From assembly GCA_035934535.1 (NCBI GenBank), contig DASYXS010000091.1:20580-84579 (forward strand): a stretch of DNA of 64,000 nt, read 5' to 3'. Origin of the DNA: a bacterium (GTDB lineage Bacteria > Sysuimicrobiota > Sysuimicrobiia > Sysuimicrobiales > Segetimicrobiaceae). The translations under genes were made by a program, and so were the position numbers. Under the pieces are notes generated by a model. It had not been told where the DNA came from. It saw only the letters and a program-made list of their open reading frames with translations, and did not search any database. Shown in pieces: positions 47,963 through 56,524 of this stretch. Position 1 is the stretch's first letter, and each line of letters opens with the position of its first letter.

Positions 47963-49507
47963 ATGAGTGACAACGCGCGCGCTCCCGGTTCACGCGGGAC
48001 GAACGGCAGGGCGGTGGCCGCGCTTCGGTCGCACCTTGCGACGATCGCCGATCTCAAGGCATCGGCCGCCGTGCTTCGATGGGACCAGGAGACGCTGATG
48101 CCGCCCGGCGGGACGGAAGGCCGCGCGCTCGCGCTGGCGACGCTGGCGCGTCTCGCGCACGAGCAGCTGACGGCCGATGCCACCCGGCGCCTGCTCGACG
48201 CGGCGGAGGCCGCCGTGCGGGGCGCCGATCCGGCCTCAGACGACGCGGCCCTCGTCCGGGTGACGCGCCGCGACTTGGACCGCGCCCGGAAGCTGCCGGC
48301 GGAGTTCGTGGCCGAGCAGCGGCGCGTCGCGGCGGTCGCGACGCACGTCTGGCGGGACGCGCGGCGGGCGAACGACTTCGCCGCGTTCCGGCCGCATCTC
48401 GAGCAGCTGTTCCAGCTCGCCCGGCGCGAGGCGGATTACATCGGCTACGCCGGGCATCCCTACGACGCGCTGGTGGACCGCTACGATCCCGGCGTGACGG
48501 CGCGCGAACTGGAGACGCTGTTCGGGCGCCTCCTCGAAGTCGTCGTGCCGCTGGTCCGGGGGATCGCGTCCCGGGCCGGCGCCGTGGATGCGGGCATTCT
48601 CGATGCCGACTTCGACGAAGCGGCGCAGCGGACGTTCGCGCTCGAGATCGTGCGGGCGTTCGGATACGACACGCGGCGCGGACGGCTGGATCTGTCCGCG
48701 CACCCGTTCTCCACGAAGTTTCATCGCGACGACGTGCGGATCACGACGCGCTACGGCCCTCGCCTGTCCGCGGTGTTCGGCACGTTCCACGAATCGGGCC
48801 ACGCGATGTACAGCCAGGGCACCTCGCCGGCGCTCGAGCGGTCGCCGCTCTCCGACGGCGCCGGCAGCGGCATCCACGAGTCCCAGTCTCGCATGTGGGA
48901 AAACCTCGTCGGCCGCAGCCGCGCCTTTTGGGAGCACGCGTTTCCGCGCCTCCGGCGGGCGTTCCCGGAGCAGCTCAAGTCGGCCGACGCCGAGCGCGTC
49001 TACCGGGCGGTCAACCACGTCGAGCCGGGACTGATCCGGGTGCGCGCGGACGAGGTTACCTACAACCTGCACATCGTGCTGCGGTTCGAGCTCGAGCGGG
49101 CGCTGCTGACCGGCGACCTGGCGGTCCGGGACCTGCCGGACGCCTGGGCGGGCAAGATGCGTGCGTATCTGGGCCTCACGCCGCCCGACGACGCCGACGG
49201 CGTCTTACAAGACATCCACTGGTCGAGCGGGCTGGTCGGCTCGTTCCCCTCCTACACCCTCGGCAACGTGGCGTCGGTGCAGCTGTTCGAGGCGGCGCGC
49301 CGCGCGCGCCCCTCGCTCACCGACGACATCCGCGCGGGGCGGTTCGCCGCGCTCTACGGGTGGATGCGGGACCACGTGTACGCCCACGGCCGCAAGTTCC
49401 TGCCCTCCGAGCTGCTCCGGCGTGCGACGGGCTCCGTGCTGACGGCCGAGCCGTACCTGGGCTATCTGCGCGACAAGTTCACCGACCTCTACGGGCTCGC
49501 GGCGTAG
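47963..49507 (+). CDS. Carboxypeptidase Taq (M32) family metallopeptidase
   Basis: AGGAGGA upstream of ATG 47963. Zinc motif FHESGHAMYSQG, LQDIHWSSGLVGSFPSYTLGN, and LRWDQETLMPPGG near the N-terminus. Confidence 0.88.
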   Translation: MSDNARAPGSRGTNGRAVAALRSHLATIADLKASAAVLRWDQETLMPPGGTEGRALALATLARLAHEQLTADATRRLLDAAEAAVRGADPASDDAALVRVTRRDLDRARKLPAEFVAEQRRVAAVATHVWRDARRANDFAAFRPHLEQLFQLARREADYIGYAGHPYDALVDRYDPGVTARELETLFGRLLEVVVPLVRGIASRAGAVDAGILDADFDEAAQRTFALEIVRAFGYDTRRGRLDLSAHPFSTKFHRDDVRITTRYGPRLSAVFGTFHESGHAMYSQGTSPALERSPLSDGAGSGIHESQSRMWENLVGRSRAFWEHAFPRLRRAFPEQLKSADAERVYRAVNHVEPGLIRVRADEVTYNLHIVLRFELERALLTGDLAVRDLPDAWAGKMRAYLGLTPPDDADGVLQDIHWSSGLVGSFPSYTLGNVASVQLFEAARRARPSLTDDIRAGRFAALYGWMRDHVYAHGRKFLPSELLRRATGSVLTAEPYLGYLRDKFTDLYGLAA

Positions 49508-49628
49508 CGGGGCCGGCCGGGCCGCGCACGTTTTCCCGCGCGGGCGGCGGGGGAAATCCCTAATGCGGCGACATGCGCGCCCTTCGGCGTGGCGCCGACG
49601 CTCTGGCATGCTGGGGAGGTTAGGCTAT

Positions 49629-50126
49629 ATGCGCTATGCGTTGCTCGCAGCCATATTGGTAATCGGTCTTGCAACGGCAGGGTCGGTCTCGGCCCAGGAG
49701 CTGATCGGCGTGAGCGGCTTCACCGCCGCGCACGGGATGCTGGGCGGGTCGGGAACGCTCGGCGGCGTGGACGGTTCGATCACGTCGACCGTGACGGCCG
49801 GCGATGCCGACTGCGCCAACTCGTGCAGCGGTAACTGGACGATGATCGTCGGCAACGCGAACTTCGCCGGCGGCACGTTCACCTGCGACGACGGCTCGTG
49901 CCTCTACCTGGGCAACGCGGCGGTCGCCACCCCGACCGGATTTGCGATCTCCACCGTCGATTCCAACGTCGGCACGAACATCGCCGCCGCGATCTACCGG
50001 CACGGGATGTGGGTCAATGACGTCAACGCCTGGGCGGTTACCCACCCGAGCGTCATTGCCGCGATGAACATGTCGGTGGCCGACTTCATCGCCCACGCGA
50101 CCGCGGACAACGGCACCTCCGAATAG
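49629..50126 (+). CDS. Secreted Gly/Ala/Thr-rich protein with four cysteines, unknown function
   Basis: GGGGAGG lies 9 nt upstream of ATG 49629. Signal peptide MRYALLAAILVIGLATAGSVSA|QE. Cys pattern C-x3-C ... C-x5-C. No family recognised. Confidence 0.55.
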   Translation: MRYALLAAILVIGLATAGSVSAQELIGVSGFTAAHGMLGGSGTLGGVDGSITSTVTAGDADCANSCSGNWTMIVGNANFAGGTFTCDDGSCLYLGNAAVATPTGFAISTVDSNVGTNIAAAIYRHGMWVNDVNAWAVTHPSVIAAMNMSVADFIAHATADNGTSE

Positions 50127-50173
50127 CCGCCGCGTCACTCAAGCCGGCCCCGGCGGCCGGCGGCGGTAACGAA

Positions 50174-50209
50174 GGGGAGCGGCGCGCGCCGCTCCTCTTC
50201 GCCGTTTTC
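50174..50209 (+). terminator. Probable intrinsic terminator after 49629..50126
   Basis: GGGGAGCGGCGC/GCGCCGCTCCTC palindrome (about a 10-bp stem) followed by TTCGCCGTTTTC. Lies between convergent genes. Confidence 0.45.
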
Positions 50210-50226
50210 ACGCAGGGCGCGTCCCC

Positions 50227-51114
50227 TCAGATGCGCAGGCGCGGATCGAGGACGTCCCGTAGGCCGTCCCCGAGCATGTTCACGCCGAGCACGGTGAGCA
50301 TGATGGCGAGCCCCGGAAACGTCGAGATCCACCAGGCGTCGCGCAGATAGTCGCGGCCCTCGCTGAGCATCCGGCCCCATTCCGGCGTCGGCGGCTGGCT
50401 GCCGAGGCCGATGAACGAGAGCGCCGCGGCCGCGAGAATCGCGGTGCCCATCCCGAGCGTCCCGGCCACGATCACCGGCGCCACCACGTTCGGAAGGATG
50501 TGGCGGACGAGGATAACGGACACCGGGACGCCGGTCACGCGCGCCGCGTCGACGTAGAGCTGTTCCTTCGCCACCAGCACCGACCCGCGCACCAGCCGCG
50601 CGTACAGCGGAATCCCCGAGATGCCGACGGCGATCATGAGGTTGCGGAGGCTGGGTCCGAGCACGCTCACGATCCCGAGGGCGAGCAGAATCCCGGGGAA
50701 CGCCAGCATCACGTCGACGACGCGCATCAGGAAGGCGTCGAGCACCCCGCCATAATAGCCCGCGACGAGGCCCACCGCGGTGCCGGCCGTCGCCGCGATG
50801 CCCACCGAGATGAGCCCCACCGTGAGCGAGATGCCGGAGCCGTGCACGACGCGGCTGTACGTGTCGCGTCCGTACTGGTCGGTCCCCATCGGATGGCCCG
50901 GCCCCGGGGCGGCGAGTGCCTGGGCGATGTCGATCCGGATCGGGCTGACCGGCGCCAGGGCGTTCTGAAACAGCGCCACGAAGACGAGCGCCCCGACGAT
51001 GACGAGCCCGGCGACGGCGCCTTTGTGCCGGCCGGCCCGCCGGAGGCTCGATCGCAAACGCGTCTGCGGCACGGCTCGGCCGCGCGGGGACAGCGCCAGC
51101 GCCGGGTCAGCCAT
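50227..51114 (-). CDS. ABC peptide/nickel-type transporter permease (DppC/OppC-like)
   Basis: ..HPMGTDQYGRDTYSRVVHG.., EQLYVDAARVTGVPVSVILVRHILPNV. Confidence 0.88.
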   Translation of the reverse strand: MADPALALSPRGRAVPQTRLRSSLRRAGRHKGAVAGLVIVGALVFVALFQNALAPVSPIRIDIAQALAAPGPGHPMGTDQYGRDTYSRVVHGSGISLTVGLISVGIAATAGTAVGLVAGYYGGVLDAFLMRVVDVMLAFPGILLALGIVSVLGPSLRNLMIAVGISGIPLYARLVRGSVLVAKEQLYVDAARVTGVPVSVILVRHILPNVVAPVIVAGTLGMGTAILAAAALSFIGLGSQPPTPEWGRMLSEGRDYLRDAWWISTFPGLAIMLTVLGVNMLGDGLRDVLDPRLRI

Positions 51115-51123
51115 TGACGTCCA

Positions 51124-52047
51124 TCACCCGTACCGAATGCGCGGATCGACGGCCGCGTACACGACGTCGACGATCAGATTGATGAAGACGTAGGCGATCG
51201 CCACGAACAGGACGATCCCCTGAACGAGTGGGAAGTCTTTGTTCAAGATCGCGTTGATGAGCAGCCGCCCGATCCCCGGCCGGCCGAACACCGTCTCGAT
51301 GATCACCGTCCCCGCCAGCAGCTGGCCGGCCTGGAGCCCGAAGATCGTCACGATGGGGATGAGCGCGTTGGCGAGCCCGTGCCGCAGCACCACGGAGGCC
51401 CCGGCGAGGCCTTTCGCGCGCGCCGTCGTCATGTACTCCATCCGGAGCACTTCGAGCATGCTCGACCGCGTGAGCGCGGCGGTGATCGCGGCGCTGCCCG
51501 CCCCGAGGGCCAGCGCCGGCATGACGAGGTGGTCGAGTCCTCCGCCCCCGGTCGCGGGCAGAAGCCCGAGGTGCAGCGAGAAGACGAAGATGAGGAGCAG
51601 GCCGAGCCAGAACGACGGCATCGACACCCCGAGGCGGGCCAGCATCATCGCGCCGACATCCGTCCAGGAGTTCTGGCGGATCGCCGCCAGGACACCGAGC
51701 CCGACGCCGAGGGCGGCCGAGAGTGCGAGCGCCGTCAGGGCGAGCTGGACGGTGGAGGGAAACAGCTCCATGATCTCGTCCGCAACGGGGCGGCGGTCGC
51801 GGATCGACTCGCCGAGGTCGCCGCGGGCCGCGTTCCACACGAACCGCGCGTACTGTTGGGCAAACGGCTCGTTGAGGTGCAGCTGCGCGCGCATCCGCGC
51901 GATCTGCTGCGGGCTCGTCACGAACTCGCTCAGCATCATCTTGACCGGGTCGCCCGGGATCAGGTACAGCATGGAGAAGACGGTGAGGGTGACGCCGAAG
52001 ACGACCGGGACGGTCGAGAGGAGCCGAGCAGAGATGTAGCGGATCAC
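51124..52047 (-). CDS. ABC peptide/nickel-type transporter permease (DppB/OppB-like)
   Basis: MIRYISARLLSTVPVVFGVTLTVFSMLYLIPGDP.., EYMTTARAKGLAGASVVLRHGLANALIPIVT. GTG start in a GTGA overlap with the upstream ORF. Confidence 0.88.
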   Translation of the reverse strand: MIRYISARLLSTVPVVFGVTLTVFSMLYLIPGDPVKMMLSEFVTSPQQIARMRAQLHLNEPFAQQYARFVWNAARGDLGESIRDRRPVADEIMELFPSTVQLALTALALSAALGVGLGVLAAIRQNSWTDVGAMMLARLGVSMPSFWLGLLLIFVFSLHLGLLPATGGGGLDHLVMPALALGAGSAAITAALTRSSMLEVLRMEYMTTARAKGLAGASVVLRHGLANALIPIVTIFGLQAGQLLAGTVIIETVFGRPGIGRLLINAILNKDFPLVQGIVLFVAIAYVFINLIVDVVYAAVDPRIRYG

Positions 52048-52493
52048 CGCGGGCTTGCGAGCAGGCTGCCGCCGGCGGGGACTCCTACGCGATCGTCGGC
52101 CGGGAAATACCGTCCGTCCTTGAGCACGCCCTCGACGCGCCGGACGGCGGAGACGTCCGACAGCGGATTGTCCCCGAGCACCACGAGGTCGGCGCGCTTG
52201 CCGGGCTCGATGGTGCCGATCTCGCCGTCCAGCCCCAAGAGGCGCGCCGCCTCGGCGGTCGCCGTGCGAAGCGCCTCGTACGGAAAGAGTCCGATCCGCA
52301 CGAAAATCTCGAGCTCCGTCGCGATGTCCGGATGGGCGGCCGCGGGGGAGCCGTTGCCCGCCCCGGCGCCGCCGGGCACGCCCGGGGTGGCGACCCGCCC
52401 GATCCGGCCGTCTTCGATCACAACGTCGGCCGGCCCGCCCGATCCGACATCGGGGCCGGCCATGGAAATGACCGTGGCGTTCCTCAACAGCAT
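52044..52493 (-). CDS. Core-less amidohydrolase remnant (N- and C-terminal composite-domain segments only, 149 aa)
   Basis: MLLRNATVISMAGP..ADVVIEDGRIGRV (amidohydrolase N-terminal strand region) is joined to ..LFPYEALRTATAEAARLLGLDGEIGTIEPGKRADLVVLGDNPLSDVSAVRRVEGVLKDGRYF (C-terminal segment). No HxH or other metal-ligand barrel is present. Its stop overlaps the permease GTG. Confidence 0.55.
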   Translation of the reverse strand: MLLRNATVISMAGPDVGSGGPADVVIEDGRIGRVATPGVPGGAGAGNGSPAAAHPDIATELEIFVRIGLFPYEALRTATAEAARLLGLDGEIGTIEPGKRADLVVLGDNPLSDVSAVRRVEGVLKDGRYFPADDRVGVPAGGSLLASPR

Positions 52494-52507
52494 CCGCGCC
52501 GTTCCTC

Positions 52508-53764
52508 CTAGCCCGGCCGGACGACCGGCGCGCCGCCGAGCATGACCATCGCGGGGCGCCGGAGGGCGCGGAGGTCCTCGAGGGGATCCCCGGCCACCGC
52601 GATCATGTCCGCCCGAAGCCCGTCGCGCAGCGCGCCCACTTCGCCGGCGATGCCCATCGCCGCGGCGTTGGCGGACGTCGCCGCCGCAATCGCGTCGCCG
52701 GTGGACATCCCCGCTTCGTGCAGCAACTCGAGCTCTCTCACCAACCCGTCGAACGGGGTGAAGCGCCAGCCGGCGTCGGTCCCCGCGACGTAGCCGACCC
52801 CGGCCTGCCGCATGCGCCCCGCGTTCTGCGTGTTGGCGTCGTTCATCCGCCGCCACCGCTCGACGGCGGCCCGCTCCTCCGGGGTCGCGCCGTCCCGGGC
52901 TGAGAGCGCGTCCACGAGAAAGTGCCCAACGCAGAGCGTCGAGGTGACGGGGATTTTTCGCTGCGCCACCGCGTCCGCCACCTCGGCCTCGAACCGCTGG
53001 TGCCCCTGCTCGTCGGTGAGAAACAGCGCGTGCTCGATGTGGTCGGCGCCCGCCGCGACGGCATTCCGGGTGGCGTCCGCGCAGGTGCAGTGGATACCGA
53101 CGCGGCGATCGAGCCGGTGGGCCTCGTCGACCGCGGCGCGGAGCTCTTCCACGGTGTAGGAGGGCCGGGACGAATAGGTGCCGAGCGTGCCGCCGCCGCT
53201 GGCCATCATCTTGATGAAGTCGACGCCCGCTTTGACCAGCCGGCGGACCATCTGGCGGACGCCCTCGGGGCCGTCCGCTTCACCGCCGAAATACCAGCAG
53301 TGTCCGCCCGTGATCGTCATCGGGCACCGGCACAGATGCAGCCGGGGCACGACCGCGTACCCGAGCCGCTGCGCCCGCCGGATCTCCAGCGTGGTGTCGC
53401 GCATGCTCCCGCAGTCGCGCAGCGTCGTGATGCCCGCGCGGAGCGCCGTCTGCGCGTTATGAATCGCGGTCGCGAGCAGCACGCCGTCCGTCTCGCGCAC
53501 GGAGGTTTCGAACGGCGTGCCGTCGCCGGGCAGCACCAGGTGCACGTGCGCGTCGATGAGGCCGGGCAGCAGGGTGTGGCCGGCGAGGTCGAGCTCAGGG
53601 GTGCCGGCGGGCCGGTCGTCCTTCGGTGCCGCGGCGCCGCCGTAGATCGCGTGAATTCTCCCGCGGTGGATCACGACGGTCGGACGCGCGATCGGCGGAG
53701 CGCCGGTGCCGTCGATCAGGCGCGACGCTCGAACGATCAGCCATTCGCTGCCGGCAGGTTCCAC
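52508..53764 (-). CDS. Metal-dependent amidohydrolase (Amidohydro_1 superfamily)
   Basis: LLPGLIDAHVHLVLPG (HxH), ..VDFIKMMASGGG.., RVGIHCTCADA.., HIEHALF.., AGTDAGW.., GALRDGLRADMIAVAGDPLEDL. Confidence 0.85.
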   Translation of the reverse strand: MEPAGSEWLIVRASRLIDGTGAPPIARPTVVIHRGRIHAIYGGAAAPKDDRPAGTPELDLAGHTLLPGLIDAHVHLVLPGDGTPFETSVRETDGVLLATAIHNAQTALRAGITTLRDCGSMRDTTLEIRRAQRLGYAVVPRLHLCRCPMTITGGHCWYFGGEADGPEGVRQMVRRLVKAGVDFIKMMASGGGTLGTYSSRPSYTVEELRAAVDEAHRLDRRVGIHCTCADATRNAVAAGADHIEHALFLTDEQGHQRFEAEVADAVAQRKIPVTSTLCVGHFLVDALSARDGATPEERAAVERWRRMNDANTQNAGRMRQAGVGYVAGTDAGWRFTPFDGLVRELELLHEAGMSTGDAIAAATSANAAAMGIAGEVGALRDGLRADMIAVAGDPLEDLRALRRPAMVMLGGAPVVRPG

Positions 53765-53830
53765 GGCGCCTACCTCCCGACGACCGCGGCGGTCAACTCA
53801 GGCCCCGCCTCGTCGAGCAGACCGGCGTGT

Positions 53831-55432
53831 TCATCGGCCGACGGTGACGTCGCCGAGCACCGGGTAGGTCGAGAAATTGTACAGCGTGCCGCGCACGGTG
53901 TTCCGGATGACCCACACGGACAGCTCATCCACGAGCGGCACCGCGACGGCGTCGTTCATCAGGATCGTCTCGAGGCGGCCGTACACCGCCCGGCGCTTCG
54001 CGGGGTCGAACACCGCGCGGCCTTCCGCGATCAGTTTGTCGGCCTCCGGGTTGGCGTAGCACGACCAGTTGAAGTTGCCGCCGACGTTCTGCGAGCCGAA
54101 GAGGGCGAACAGGCCGTCCCAGTCGACCGACCGCAGGAACATCACCGGACCGTTGGTGGCGCAGTGGAAATTGTCTTCGTACCACGGCGGCCGGGCCTGG
54201 CTCTTGATCTTGGCGTCGACGCCAAGCTGCAGCAGCTGGCCCTGCAGCAGCTCGATCTCCGGCAGGTTGCCGCTGCCGTAATTGATCGAGTTGATCTCGA
54301 GAGCGAGCGGCTGGCCGTTCTTCGTCCGGACGTTGTTGGGGCCCATCTTCCAGCCGGCCTCGTCGAGCAGCTGCGCCGCCTTCTTCGGATCGTACTTGTA
54401 CTTTGCGCACAGGTCAGGCGTCGCGAGCGTATGCTGTGTCAGCGGCGCGCAGGCCACCGTGCCGAGCCCGCGGTAGACGGAGTCGGCGACCGCGGCGCGG
54501 TTCACGCCGTAGAGCAGCGCCTGCCGCACCTTGAGGTCGTTGGTCGGCGGCTTCCGGACGTTCAGCAGCCAGATCCGGGGCGCGCCGGGATACGGATTCT
54601 TCTCGATGCGCAGCGCTTTGTTCGCCTCGAGGCGCGTCAGCACCGCGGCTGGCGTGCTGAGAAAGCTGATCATCTGCGTCTCGCCGGATTCGACGGTCGT
54701 CACGCGCGTGCCGGACTCCGGGATGAACTTCCAGACGATGCGGTCCACGGACGCGGGTCCCTGGTGGTTGCTGTAGGGCGGCCGGCGGTTGTAGTCGCCG
54801 TTGCGGACCAGCGTGACGTGATCTTTGGCGACGTACTCGCTCACGAGAAACCGCCCGCTGCCGACGGGCTTCTGGTTGACGGCGTCGCCCTGCCCCGGCG
54901 TCGTCTTCGGCGAGATCAGCGACAGGGTGCCGCCGGCGACGTAGGTCAGAAACGGCGCGTACGGCTCCTTGAAGTTCACGCGCACGGTGTAGGGGTCGAC
55001 GACGGTGGAGCCGGCGTATCCGGAGAGCGCCGTGAGCGCCCCGCCGGCTTTGAAGTTCGGGTTGACGATCCGGTCGAAGTTCCACTTGACGGCTTCGGCG
55101 TTCACCGGCGCGCCGTCCGTGAACTTCGCATCTTTGCGCAGCGTGAACGTGAACGCCTTGCCGTCAGGGGAGGCCTTGTAGTCGGTGGCCAGCCACGGCA
55201 GCAGCTTCCCGCCGAGATCCTGGTACAAGAGGTTTTCGGTGACATCCGTGATGATCTGGTAGGTGACCGCGGACGGCGAGGCGTGCGGGTCGAGGGTCGG
55301 CGGCTCCTGGTCCAGGCCGACGGTCAGTGTCGCGGGCGCGGCGCCGAGGACGGGCGCGCCGGCGCCGACGCCGGCCAGCGCCAGGGCCAAGAGACACGCC
55401 GCGTACCGGCGGGCGGCGTTTGTGCGTGTCAT
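53831..55432 (-). CDS. ABC transporter substrate-binding protein, family 5
   Basis: Signal peptide MTRTNAARRYAACLLALALAGVGAGAP... LTVGLDQEPPTLDPH.., FTLRKDAKFTDGAPVNAEAV. ATGA overlap with the galT-like stop. Confidence 0.85.
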   Translation of the reverse strand: MTRTNAARRYAACLLALALAGVGAGAPVLGAAPATLTVGLDQEPPTLDPHASPSAVTYQIITDVTENLLYQDLGGKLLPWLATDYKASPDGKAFTFTLRKDAKFTDGAPVNAEAVKWNFDRIVNPNFKAGGALTALSGYAGSTVVDPYTVRVNFKEPYAPFLTYVAGGTLSLISPKTTPGQGDAVNQKPVGSGRFLVSEYVAKDHVTLVRNGDYNRRPPYSNHQGPASVDRIVWKFIPESGTRVTTVESGETQMISFLSTPAAVLTRLEANKALRIEKNPYPGAPRIWLLNVRKPPTNDLKVRQALLYGVNRAAVADSVYRGLGTVACAPLTQHTLATPDLCAKYKYDPKKAAQLLDEAGWKMGPNNVRTKNGQPLALEINSINYGSGNLPEIELLQGQLLQLGVDAKIKSQARPPWYEDNFHCATNGPVMFLRSVDWDGLFALFGSQNVGGNFNWSCYANPEADKLIAEGRAVFDPAKRRAVYGRLETILMNDAVAVPLVDELSVWVIRNTVRGTLYNFSTYPVLGDVTVGR

Positions 55433-56484
55433 GAACCACCTCCCTGTGCTCCGGCGGAACTGGCCACCGGGATCTTCGTCTCCCGGAGGTACCGGGCGGC
55501 GTCCTCCGGAGGGACCGTGTTAATGTAGAACCCCGAGCCCCACTCGAACCCCGCCACCTGCGAGAGGCGGGGCAGCACCTCGATGTGCCAGTGGTAGAAG
55601 TGATCCACTTTCGCGTCGTACGGCGCGGTATGGATGATGTAGTTGTACGGCGGATTCGCAAGACACGCGTACAGCCGTCCGAGGACGCCCTGCAGGGTCT
55701 CGGCGAGCGGCCGCAGCTGCCTGTCCTCCAGCGCACCGAAGCTCGCCACGTGCCGCCGGGGCACAATCCACAGCTCAAACGGGCACCACGACGCGTAGGG
55801 CGCGAAGGCGATGAACTCGTCGTTCTTCCACACGAGCCGGCGGCCGTTCGCGCCGTCTTCTCCGGCCTCCTGGCGGAGAATGTCGCAGAAAACGCAGCGG
55901 CCCTCGCGCGCGAAGTACGCCTGGGCGCCTTCCAGCTCCTCCTCGGCCCGCTTCGGCACGATCGGCAGGGCGATCAGCTGTGAGTGGGGATGCGCGAGCG
56001 AGGCGCCCGCCTGCCGGCCGTGGTTGCGGAACAGCAGCAGGTACTTGAACCGCGGATCCCCGTCGAGGTCGCGGTACCGCTCGCGGTACATCCACAACAC
56101 CGAGGCGAGCTGGTCCGGGGCCATCACGCCCGGGTGCGCGGCGTGCTCGGGCGTCTCGATGATCACCTCGTGCGCGCCGACCCCTCCCATGCCTTCGTAC
56201 ATGCCTTCCATGGTGACGTCGGTCGAGCCCTCGATGCGCAGCGCGGCATACTTGTTCGGCACGACCCGCACCTGCCAGCCGGGGCTGTTCGGCGGGGTGC
56301 CGGGCCGGCGAATCGCCGCGATCTCCGGCGGGGTCGTACCTTCCCGGCCCTCGCAGAACGGGCAGTTGGCCGACGGCGACGGCTCGGGCTCGCCGCCCTT
56401 GGCGAAATCGCTCGGGCGGGCGGCGCGCTCGTTGGCGATGATCACCCACCGGCGGATGATAGGATCTTTGCGCAGTTCGGGCAC
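55429..56484 (-). CDS. GalT-family (HIT superfamily) hexose-1-phosphate nucleotidyltransferase / ADP-glucose phosphorylase-like
   Basis: Zinc knuckle CPFCEGRE, NKYAAL, active-site HPHSQLIALP (H-x-H-x-Q). GTG 56484 with GGAGGG upstream. Confidence 0.82.
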   Translation of the reverse strand: MPELRKDPIIRRWVIIANERAARPSDFAKGGEPEPSPSANCPFCEGREGTTPPEIAAIRRPGTPPNSPGWQVRVVPNKYAALRIEGSTDVTMEGMYEGMGGVGAHEVIIETPEHAAHPGVMAPDQLASVLWMYRERYRDLDGDPRFKYLLLFRNHGRQAGASLAHPHSQLIALPIVPKRAEEELEGAQAYFAREGRCVFCDILRQEAGEDGANGRRLVWKNDEFIAFAPYASWCPFELWIVPRRHVASFGALEDRQLRPLAETLQGVLGRLYACLANPPYNYIIHTAPYDAKVDHFYHWHIEVLPRLSQVAGFEWGSGFYINTVPPEDAARYLRETKIPVASSAGAQGGGS

Positions 56485-56524
56485 GGTGTCCCTCCGTTGG
56501 GGCGGCGTCGCGGACGGCGCTCGA

